Assembly: GCA_016219965.1 (NCBI GenBank)
Contig: JACRJM010000015.1
Coordinates: 31,857 to 95,856 of the forward strand
Length of the DNA stretch: 64,000 nt
Source: Candidatus Schekmanbacteria bacterium
GTDB lineage: Bacteria; Schekmanbacteria; GWA2-38-11; J061
Direction of reading: 5' to 3'
Under the pieces are notes generated by a model. The model had not been told where the DNA came from. It did no database searches and worked only from the letters and a program-made list of their open reading frames with translations. Every line of letters begins with the position of its first letter. The stretch's first letter is position 1. This document shows positions 39,680 to 48,011 of this stretch, in pieces. The translations under genes and the position numbers were made by a program.

Positions 39680-41191
39680 ATGGGAAAAAACAATAAAAAA
39701 ATTTTACTTATTACTCCCCCTTATTACAGATTATATAACAGTAGATATTCGCTCAATCGTTATCCCCTGTCATTAGGTTATTTGTCAGGAGCAATATTGG
39801 ATAATACTTCATGGGAAGTTATGACTTACAATGCTGATTTCTGTCAAGATAATGAGCAGCTGCAAGTTAGTTATTTAGCAGGAGAAGGATTTAATAATTA
39901 TCTAAAAAACATCAATGATCTGACAAGCAGCATATGGGATGAAGTTAAAGAAACGATAAGGGATTTTAATCCTTCTGTAATAGGATTATCCTGTATGACT
40001 CAGAATTTTAAGGGAGCATACAACATTGCCAAAATTGCTAAAGAACTAAATGAGGATATTCTTGTTATAGTTGGCGGTCCACATGCAAACATGTTTTTAT
40101 CGGAAGTCTTAGACTATCCTTACATTGATATATGTGCTGTCGGAGAGGGAGAGGAAACTATTGTCGAATTGTTAAATACTATTGACGGTAACAATGATTT
40201 TAATACTGTTACGGGAATTATATATAGAATAGATGGGAAGGTTGTCGTGAATCAACCGAGAGAACTTCTTAAAGATTTAGATTCTCTTTCTTTCCCTCAT
40301 AAATATGCTCATAAGGTTTTAAAAAATTATGATAGATATCCAGTCGAAGCTTTCCACAACATTTTTGCTATAAGAGGGTGTCCTTTTAACTGTATTTTTT
40401 GTGGTTCTATTTATATTTGGGGCAGAAAACCAAGATATCGTTCTATAGACAATGTAATTGAAGAGATAAGAAACCTGAGCAGAATGGGGGTTAAAAGAAT
40501 AAGCTTTGAAGATGATTCGTTCGGGATTAAAAAGTCTTATATCTTGGAGTTAGCTGAAAAAATTAATGTAAATTGCCCCAGTGTAAAATGGTCCTGCGAA
40601 ATGCACGTAAAAACCGTTACTGAAGAGATTGTGTCTGCTATGAGCGATTCTGGTTGTTGCAAAATTACATTGGGTGTTGAATCCGGGAACAACGATATTT
40701 TAAAGAAGATACGTAAAAAAAATACAATAGAAGATTGCATCCATGCGGGCAAAATTATATCGAAGTTCAATATTGAATTAGGTGCATTCTTTATGGTTGG
40801 GTTTCCATGGGAGACAGAAGAAACCCTGAAAGATACAATTAGGGCAATGAAGAAACTTAATGCTGATTATTCAGTGTATAGTATTTTTACACCATATAAA
40901 GGGTCTGAAGCTTTCAGTATCTGCAAAGATATGGGGTTGATAAGCGATGATTATGATTTTTCCATATATAATCACCAGAGTCCATTAAACTGTTTCTGTA
41001 AAAATATTTCCAAAGAAAGATTTAGAAAAATATGTTCTAAAATGGAAAGGATAAGCGATAAAAGAGGTATCTATTATCAATTAATCAAACCGTTAACATC
41101 TTTAAAAACCATCAGAAAAATTAAAAATAAAGGGCTGAAAGGAGTCATTAAAAAAGTCAGAAACTTAGCTTTAGCATCAACTAAAAAGTAA
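39680..41191 (+). CDS. B12-binding radical SAM protein
   Basis: YPLSLGYL, VGGPHA, VGEGE, RGCPFNCIFC, FEDDSF, LGVESG, FMVGFPWET. Confidence 0.92.
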   Translation: MGKNNKKILLITPPYYRLYNSRYSLNRYPLSLGYLSGAILDNTSWEVMTYNADFCQDNEQLQVSYLAGEGFNNYLKNINDLTSSIWDEVKETIRDFNPSVIGLSCMTQNFKGAYNIAKIAKELNEDILVIVGGPHANMFLSEVLDYPYIDICAVGEGEETIVELLNTIDGNNDFNTVTGIIYRIDGKVVVNQPRELLKDLDSLSFPHKYAHKVLKNYDRYPVEAFHNIFAIRGCPFNCIFCGSIYIWGRKPRYRSIDNVIEEIRNLSRMGVKRISFEDDSFGIKKSYILELAEKINVNCPSVKWSCEMHVKTVTEEIVSAMSDSGCCKITLGVESGNNDILKKIRKKNTIEDCIHAGKIISKFNIELGAFFMVGFPWETEETLKDTIRAMKKLNADYSVYSIFTPYKGSEAFSICKDMGLISDDYDFSIYNHQSPLNCFCKNISKERFRKICSKMERISDKRGIYYQLIKPLTSLKTIRKIKNKGLKGVIKKVRNLALASTKK

Positions 41192-41255
41192 ACCCCTCTC
41201 GAAAACAAAATTGTTTTTTATCTCGTATTTTCTTCTATTTTAGAAATAAAGCCTT

Positions 41256-44075
41256 TTACATTCCGTTGAGCAGTTTTCTTACTTCATCTAATTCAGGAAA
41301 ATTTGTTGACAGACTAAGGGCTTTTTGAAATTCAGATTTCGCCCTGCTTTTATCTCCTTCACGCATATAAGCTAAGCCCATATGATAATGAATTGTTGGG
41401 TCATCGGGAACAAGTTTTAAGGCTTCCTGGAACTTTTCTTTGGATTCTTTAATCATTCCTTTTTTAAAGTATACCCAGCCTAATGTATCAATGACCCCTC
41501 CGTTATTTGGAGCCAGTTTTACGGCTTTTTGAGCCATACTTACTGCTTCATTCATATTCTTTCCAGTTTCTGCATATACCCATGCAAGGTTATTTTGAGC
41601 AAGGGGAATATCCGGAGATATTTTTATTGCTTCGTTGTAGTTTAAAATGGACTTGTCAAAATTTTTCTGGGTTTGATAAATTGATCCAAGCTTAGTATAT
41701 ATATCAGCTCGTATTAATTGCAGTTCCTTATCACTGTTTTTAGGAATTAACTCTAACGCTTTATTGTAATGATTAATAGCTTCATCTCTGTTGCTGCGTT
41801 TCATAGATAGTTCTGCAAGATTGATTGCAGGGAGTGGTGATTTCGGAAATTGAGCTGAAGCTTTTTCTAGGATTCCCATGGCATTAGCATAATCCCCTTT
41901 TTCCGAGTAAATTTTGCTTTGAAGTGTATAAGGTAACAAAGAATTTATTTTAGGACCTTGAACTGCTTTTGCAATCTGAAGGGCTTCGTCGAAACGTTTG
42001 AGCGATGTCAATAATGATATTTTCTGAACTTTTATTTCTACTGAATCCGGGGATTTTGTAAGGGCTTTATCTATCTGCTCAAGCGCCTGATTAAAGTCCT
42101 TCTTAACAGCATAAAGAGAAGCCAGTCTAAGATAACCAAGGGGTTTATCTGGCTGTAAGGATATTATCTTTTGATATGTTTGTTCTGCTTCATCCATTTT
42201 TTTATTTTTTACATAGAATGATGCTAAATAGTCATAACCAGCAATAGCCTTCTCATCACTTTTTATCATTCTTTCAGCAGTTTCTTTAAGCTTATCATCC
42301 TGATTTGACTTTGCATATATACTTGCCAGATCAGCAAGCAATACATTATTGGCGGCAGTCTGCTTGATTCCGTTTTCAAGTATATCTATTGCCTGCTTGG
42401 TGTTCTCCTTCTGGAGGCTCAGTGCTGCAAGTCTCTTTATTAAACCTATATTAGCAGGTGATTTAGCAAGTGCTTTACTAAGAATGTTTTCAGCTTTTCC
42501 TATGTCCTGTTGTTTTATATAGATTGTAGACAAGTTAATGTAAGATGAAATAACATCAGGCGATTTCCCAATAGCTGTCTGATAAATATCTATTGCTTTA
42601 GCAGGCTCGTTTTTTCCAAAATAGGCAGAACCCAATAGATTCAACAAAGTAGGATTATCTTTAGAGCGTTTTAATCCTTCTTGGCACTCTGATATTGCCT
42701 TATCATACTGTTGTGATTGTAAATAATAAGCAATAATTGTAATTCTTGCATCTAGAAAATTCGGATTTACCTCAAGTGCTTTTTCAAATTCACTAATAGC
42801 ATTATCATTTTTCCCGGTTGATGCATAAAACTTTCCAAGGTTCAAATAAGATGGAGCAAATTCCGGATTGATTTCTATGGCTTTAGATAATTCCTTCTCA
42901 GCTTTGTCAAATTGTTTTGTCTGGGCATATGCCTGGGCAAGAGTAGCGTAAGCCAGAGGATTATCAGGTGCAGACTGTGCTATTTTCTGGAATTCCTGGA
43001 GGGCTTCATCATTCCATCCCTGTTTCAGATAAAGCGTACCTAAATAAAGATTGGCCAAAGTAAAAGACGGTTTTATTCTCAATACTGTCTTTAATTCAGT
43101 TATTGCCTGCTGCATGTTGCCCTTTTCCGCTTGCGCCAAAGCGAAATAAAATCTTGCTTCAGCGAATCCGGGTCCTTTTTTTACAGATTGTTCTAATTCT
43201 GAAAACGCAGCATCAATTTTGCCCTGTCTAAGACGGGCAACTCCCTTAAGGTAATTTCCTCCTGCAAGCTTAAAGTCTATTTTGTTGAGGGTTTCCCCCT
43301 CCTCGATCGCTGCATCAAATTTTTTCTGGTCTAAATAAAGTGAACCTAGAAGAAAACGTGTGTCATAGTGATTAGGATTAATCTGTAAGGCCTTTTTAAA
43401 AGTTTGTTCGGCGTTTGTATAATCTTTTTTCTGAATATAGAAGTTTGCTAAGCTTAATATTCCCTCAAAGTCCTTTGGGGCTAATTCCAGAGATTTTTTG
43501 TAGAAGGCTTCTGCTTCATCAAATTTCTTTTCGCGCATATATAGATGCCCCCTGCTTATGTAAACCTTAGAAAAGGCAGGGTCCATTTGAATGACCTGCT
43601 TGAAATATGAATCTGCTTTATCGAAATCATTTTTTGCTGTCCAGGCCATTCCTATAGCATTTAAACACTGTTTGTTATTAGGATCTTTTTTTATTAAACT
43701 TTCCAGACTTTTCAGTGCATCGTCCGCTTTCCCTCTGCTCAAATTTATAAGTCCCATTTGCAACAGAAGATCATTGTTTTCAAACTTAAGTCCATTTGCT
43801 TTTTCAAACTGTTCGAGTGCTTTATCGTACTCCCGTCTCCCCATGTACGATTTTCCGAGATAATACAATGTCTCTCCAGACTGGGGGTCAATTTTTAATG
43901 CATTCTTAAGTTCAATTATGGCTCCGTTATATTCTTCTTTTTCAATTAAGCTCTTGGCTTTGATTATATGTTTTTCAATTTTTTCTTTTGGACTTTGGCA
44001 GGAAGTTAGTATAAATAGTGTTAGCAGTATATTCACAGAAAGAAATGAGAAACGGAATATGGCTGATTTTTTCAT
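41256..44075 (-). CDS. prsT: Large TPR lipoprotein PrsT-like
   Basis: Lipobox LTSC; AIIELKNAL..DP N-terminus; over 20 TPRs; C-terminal NNLAW, IDTLGWV, PTIHYHMGLAY; convergent on the exosortase locus. Confidence 0.85.
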   Translation of the reverse strand: MKKSAIFRFSFLSVNILLTLFILTSCQSPKEKIEKHIIKAKSLIEKEEYNGAIIELKNALKIDPQSGETLYYLGKSYMGRREYDKALEQFEKANGLKFENNDLLLQMGLINLSRGKADDALKSLESLIKKDPNNKQCLNAIGMAWTAKNDFDKADSYFKQVIQMDPAFSKVYISRGHLYMREKKFDEAEAFYKKSLELAPKDFEGILSLANFYIQKKDYTNAEQTFKKALQINPNHYDTRFLLGSLYLDQKKFDAAIEEGETLNKIDFKLAGGNYLKGVARLRQGKIDAAFSELEQSVKKGPGFAEARFYFALAQAEKGNMQQAITELKTVLRIKPSFTLANLYLGTLYLKQGWNDEALQEFQKIAQSAPDNPLAYATLAQAYAQTKQFDKAEKELSKAIEINPEFAPSYLNLGKFYASTGKNDNAISEFEKALEVNPNFLDARITIIAYYLQSQQYDKAISECQEGLKRSKDNPTLLNLLGSAYFGKNEPAKAIDIYQTAIGKSPDVISSYINLSTIYIKQQDIGKAENILSKALAKSPANIGLIKRLAALSLQKENTKQAIDILENGIKQTAANNVLLADLASIYAKSNQDDKLKETAERMIKSDEKAIAGYDYLASFYVKNKKMDEAEQTYQKIISLQPDKPLGYLRLASLYAVKKDFNQALEQIDKALTKSPDSVEIKVQKISLLTSLKRFDEALQIAKAVQGPKINSLLPYTLQSKIYSEKGDYANAMGILEKASAQFPKSPLPAINLAELSMKRSNRDEAINHYNKALELIPKNSDKELQLIRADIYTKLGSIYQTQKNFDKSILNYNEAIKISPDIPLAQNNLAWVYAETGKNMNEAVSMAQKAVKLAPNNGGVIDTLGWVYFKKGMIKESKEKFQEALKLVPDDPTIHYHMGLAYMREGDKSRAKSEFQKALSLSTNFPELDEVRKLLNGM

Positions 44076-44122
44076 TTATTTCTCCGCAATAGGGTTAATT
44101 TAACTTAGTATTATGAAACCGA

Positions 44123-44151
44123 AAGTTATAGAGTTCAATTTTCTTTGTCAA
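44123..44151 (-). promoter_or_regulatory. Probable sigma70 promoter of prsT
   Basis: Minus strand TTGACA-N17-TAACTT (overlapping TATAAC) upstream of ATG 44075. Confidence 0.5.
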
Positions 44152-44246
44152 GATTACTTTTTATATTTTTGTTCATATTATTTTACCACATAACTGGTTT
44201 ATAATTTACTTATTAATTATGAATAATGAGTGCATTTCACTTGGTC

Positions 44247-44307
44247 TGCTATCGGGTTAGCGAGCGAATATAATTAAATGACAAAATCCATAGATATGAA
44301 TAATCCC
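44247..44307 (+). repeat. Dispersed ~60-bp repeat, copy 2 (overlaps start of the histidine kinase ORF)
   Basis: TGCTATCGGGTTAGCGAGCGAATATAATTAAATGACAAAATCCATAGATATGAATAATCCC; aligns to 31519..31580. Confidence 0.75.
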
Positions 44308-45522
44308 CCAACTTCCGCTACGAGCGTTTCAAATGGATCATCTGAAAAAAATAATCTATTTTATGAAAAAGAGTTTGTAAGAAGAATTTTCACCATTCTT
44401 TTCCTGCTCGTCGGAGTAACTACAATACATTATACTACTCCGTTAGCTTTTACACAGTATCATTATGTTTTTGCCAGAATGTACTATATCCCAATAATAC
44501 TTGGCTCCTTCTGGTATGGTCTGAAAGGAGGGTTCATAGTATCATTTTGTTCGGCAGTACTTTATGGCCCTCATATTTTCTTCCAATGGCGGACAGCCGG
44601 CATGGGCACATTAAACGAATACCTTGAGATAGCGATTTATATGGCTGTAGGTATTGTTACAGGTTTTATGGCTGATCAGGAGAAAGTTCTGAGATTTAAG
44701 TATCAGAAGGCTGCTGATGACCTTGAGAAATCCTATGAAAAACTTAAGGAGCAGGCAAGACAGCTCCTTGAAAAAGAACAGCAACTTATACGAGCAGACA
44801 GACTTGCCACTATGGGGGAGCTTGCTGCAAGTTTAACCCATGAGGTTAGAAATCCTCTCGGCTCAATATTGGGGAGTGCGGAGATACTTAAGGATGACTA
44901 TAAACCGGGTGACGTGAAATATGAGTTTCTTGAAATAATGATAAAAGAAGCCAACAGGTTAGACAGAGTAATTAATAACTTTTTGTCATTTGCACGGTCT
45001 AACAAACCTGATATCAAGGAATTTGATATTAATTCCTCGATCCTTGACATAAAGGAACTTGTGGAAATTGGAGCTGCTAAAAAAGGTATAACCATCAACA
45101 CAAACCTTGATGGCAAAATAGGGAAAATCAATGCCGACGAAGAGCAGATAAAACAAGCTATTTTAAATGTTCTTTTAAACTCCATCCAGGCCATGGATAA
45201 AAATGGGAGAATCACTATTTCCACGTTCCAAGAAAGCAGCGGGACCTCTGCAAGAGATTTATCTGAACAGGAAATTACAGTCGGGAAAATGCCTGCTGTG
45301 CAATGTGTCAATATATCGTTTACCGATAATGGCTCAGGTATAATTCCGGAAAACATGGAAAAAATCTTCAATCCTTTTTTTACTACAAGAGAGAACGGCA
45401 CTGGATTGGGACTTTCCATAACACGAAGAATAATAGAAAATCATAGAGGTTCTATTCATGTGCAGTCAAGAGTGAATGAGGGTACTACTTTTGTTATTAA
45501 ACTTCCTCTCAGGGAATTTTGA
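44278..45522 (+). CDS. Membrane sensor histidine kinase (NtrB/ZraS-like)
   Basis: 4 TMs with His-rich loop (HYTTP...HYVFARMYYIPI); LTHEVRNPLGSI, NVLLNSIQA, DNGSG, FNPFFTT, GTGLGL. Confidence 0.92.
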   Translation: MTKSIDMNNPPTSATSVSNGSSEKNNLFYEKEFVRRIFTILFLLVGVTTIHYTTPLAFTQYHYVFARMYYIPIILGSFWYGLKGGFIVSFCSAVLYGPHIFFQWRTAGMGTLNEYLEIAIYMAVGIVTGFMADQEKVLRFKYQKAADDLEKSYEKLKEQARQLLEKEQQLIRADRLATMGELAASLTHEVRNPLGSILGSAEILKDDYKPGDVKYEFLEIMIKEANRLDRVINNFLSFARSNKPDIKEFDINSSILDIKELVEIGAAKKGITINTNLDGKIGKINADEEQIKQAILNVLLNSIQAMDKNGRITISTFQESSGTSARDLSEQEITVGKMPAVQCVNISFTDNGSGIIPENMEKIFNPFFTTRENGTGLGLSITRRIIENHRGSIHVQSRVNEGTTFVIKLPLREF

Positions 45523-46889
45523 AAATGGATAATTCTGACATAAAGATATTGTTGATTGATGATGACGACAGTCTGAGGAGGGTTATAGAACATAATCTTT
45601 GCGAAGAAGGATATAAAGTTATTTCAGCTTCCGGAGGCAGTGCCGGAATAAAAATCCTGATGGAGAGCGAGTTTGACATAGTAATTACTGATTTGAAGAT
45701 GCCTGACATTGACGGCATGGAAGTTCTCGGGACTGTTAAATCCCATAATAAGGATATACCGGTTATTATGATAACTGCATTTGGCACCATAGAACAGGCA
45801 GTCGCTGCATTAAAATCCGGAGCTTTCGATTATCTTACTAAACCTTTTAACCGCGACGAACTTAAAATAACTGTAAAAAAGGCACTTGAACTTAGAAGCC
45901 TGCGCGGTGAGAATTTAAGGCTGAAGGCTGAGCTTTCAGGAAAATTCAGTTTTGATTCGCTTATCTATGGAAGCCCTGTTATGAACGATATAGTTGAACT
46001 GCTCCGTAAGGTGTCTTATTCAGATTCAACTGTAATGCTTCTCGGGGAGAGTGGGACAGGAAAAGAACTTATAGCAAAAGCCATTCACTACAACAGCCCG
46101 AGAAACAAGGGGCCATTTGTGATAGTAAACTGCGCTGCTATACCTGATGAACTTTTGGAAAGCGAGCTTTTCGGACATTCTAAAGGTGCCTTTACCGGAG
46201 CTTACAGCGAAAAAAAAGGAAAGTTTGAATATGCAGATTCAGGGACAATTTTTCTCGATGAAATTGGGGATCTGAAACCTTCCCTGCAGGCAAAGCTGCT
46301 TCGTGTATTGCAGGAAAAAAAAATAGACAAGGTCGGCAGCTCCGTACAGGTTGATGTTGATGTGAGGATAATTTCTGCGACTAACAGGGATTTAAAAAAA
46401 ATGATTTCAGATAGTTTGTTCCGGGAGGATCTGTTCTACCGTCTCAGCGTAATTCCGGTAAGGATTCCGCCTTTGCGTGAAAGAAGGGACGATATCCCTC
46501 TCTTGCTGGACTATTTTATTAAGAAAAACAGCAAACAAAGAAAGCTTGTGGTAACTTCGGAAGCCCTTGCAATACTAACTAATTACAGCTGGAGAGGGAA
46601 TGTAAGAGAGTTAGAAAATCTCATTGAAAGGCTTACTGTCATTAAAAGTGATTCCACTATAATACCAGCGGATCTGCCCGAAGAAATGACTTCATGTTCA
46701 TCTGTTGCAGGAGGTGTTATTTGTGCTTTACCTGAAGAAGGACTTTCTCTCGATGAACTGGAGCGGGATATTATTTTAAAAGCCCTTGAAAAAAATGAAT
46801 GGAATCAGTCAAAGGCAGCGAAATATTTGGATATGACCAGGCCTACGCTTATATACCGTATGGAAAAATATAATATTAAAAAACCTTAA
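45519..46889 (+). CDS. Sigma54-dependent response regulator (NtrC/AtoC/ZraR family)
   Basis: Receiver DLKMP, GESGTGKE, GAFTGA, WRGNVREL, HTH TRPTLIYRMEKY. Confidence 0.93.
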   Translation: MKMDNSDIKILLIDDDDSLRRVIEHNLCEEGYKVISASGGSAGIKILMESEFDIVITDLKMPDIDGMEVLGTVKSHNKDIPVIMITAFGTIEQAVAALKSGAFDYLTKPFNRDELKITVKKALELRSLRGENLRLKAELSGKFSFDSLIYGSPVMNDIVELLRKVSYSDSTVMLLGESGTGKELIAKAIHYNSPRNKGPFVIVNCAAIPDELLESELFGHSKGAFTGAYSEKKGKFEYADSGTIFLDEIGDLKPSLQAKLLRVLQEKKIDKVGSSVQVDVDVRIISATNRDLKKMISDSLFREDLFYRLSVIPVRIPPLRERRDDIPLLLDYFIKKNSKQRKLVVTSEALAILTNYSWRGNVRELENLIERLTVIKSDSTIIPADLPEEMTSCSSVAGGVICALPEEGLSLDELERDIILKALEKNEWNQSKAAKYLDMTRPTLIYRMEKYNIKKP

Positions 46890-47478
46890 AGTTTTTTACC
46901 TGTTTGAAAGTTTTTCTATGGATTTCGCAGGGACCAATCTCCATTATTTTCATGATATGTTCTTTTGTAGGATAGCCTTTATGCCTGTCAAAGCCATACT
47001 GCGGGTATAAGGTATGCATCTCCATCATGAACTTGTCCCTTGTCACTTTTGCAAGGATAGAAGCAGCCGCTATAGAATAGCTCTGTGCATCTCCCTTTAT
47101 TATAGTTTTCTGAGGTATTGAAGAATCTATTGCAACTATACCGTCTATTAAAAGGTAATCAGGTATCTGGTTTAAACCTTTAACCGCTTTTTCCATGGCA
47201 AGCTTTGAAGCCTGCAAAATATTTATTTCATCTATTATTTTTTCATCAACTTCTGAAATAGAATAGGAAAGAGCTGTTCCAATGATCTTGTTAAAAAGAT
47301 AATCTCTTTTTGAAGAAGAAAGTTTTTTTGAATCGTTAAGACCTTCTATGCGATGATCCGCAGGAAGTATAACGGCTGCTGCATGCACCGGACCGGCAAG
47401 CGGACCTCTACCGGCTTCATCTATTCCGGCAATAAATCTAAAGCCCTTGCAGAACCCTTCTTTTTCGAACAGGTCCAT
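46876..47478 (-). CDS. rnhB: Ribonuclease HII
   Basis: AGIDEAGRGPLAGPV, NDSKKL, KGDA..YSIAAASILAKVTRD, HKGYPT. Confidence 0.97.
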   Translation of the reverse strand: MDLFEKEGFCKGFRFIAGIDEAGRGPLAGPVHAAAVILPADHRIEGLNDSKKLSSSKRDYLFNKIIGTALSYSISEVDEKIIDEINILQASKLAMEKAVKGLNQIPDYLLIDGIVAIDSSIPQKTIIKGDAQSYSIAAASILAKVTRDKFMMEMHTLYPQYGFDRHKGYPTKEHIMKIMEIGPCEIHRKTFKQVKNFKVF

Positions 47479-47495
47479 TAAGGTATCAGGTTATA

Positions 47496-47840
47496 TTATT
47501 TCTGCTCTTGAACCTTGGCTGCTTTGCCAAATTTACTGCGAAGATAATAGAGTTTTGCCCGCTTTACGACACCTTTTTTGGAGATCGTGATTTTTTGCAG
47601 AAGCGGTGAAAAAACCGGGAATATTCTTTCTACACCGATACCGTTTGATATCTTTCTGACGGTAATAGTTGACCTGGGACCCTTGTTCTTTATGGCAATT
47701 ATAGTTCCTTCGAATACCTGTATCCTCTCCTTGTCACCTTCAAGGATTTTAAAGTGGACCTTTACTGTATCGCCAGGTGTATACTGCGGATAATCTTTAG
47801 AATATTTTTCACCTGTAAACTGATCAATCGTTTCAAACAT
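47496..47840 (-). CDS. rplS: 50S ribosomal protein L19
   Basis: PGDTVKVH..I.EGDKERIQVFEG, TVRKISNGIGVERIFP, RAKLYYLR. Confidence 0.98.
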   Translation of the reverse strand: MFETIDQFTGEKYSKDYPQYTPGDTVKVHFKILEGDKERIQVFEGTIIAIKNKGPRSTITVRKISNGIGVERIFPVFSPLLQKITISKKGVVKRAKLYYLRSKFGKAAKVQEQK

Positions 47841-48011
47841 GATTTAAGTCTCCTGAAAAACTGAAAAACATATGTAATCTAACGCCAGATGTTTGTCAAA
47901 TAAATTATTATTACTTTTTCAGTATTATTTAAAAAGTGACAACAAAAAAAAATTAATGTATTTTCTTACTTTATTCAATAAATTGTAGATGAATAGCAAA
48001 GCGAGGTACTC

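Noticed and set aside
31519..44307. The repeat pair as CRISPR repeats or IS ends
   Set aside because: Only two direct, diverged copies 12.7 kb apart; no spacers, cas genes or transposase.
44898..45419. 173-aa antisense ORF
   Set aside because: Shadow of the histidine kinase; no motifs or RBS.
46876..46889. 14-bp convergent overlap of rnhB and the response regulator
   Set aside because: Short tail-to-tail overlaps are common and need no special explanation.
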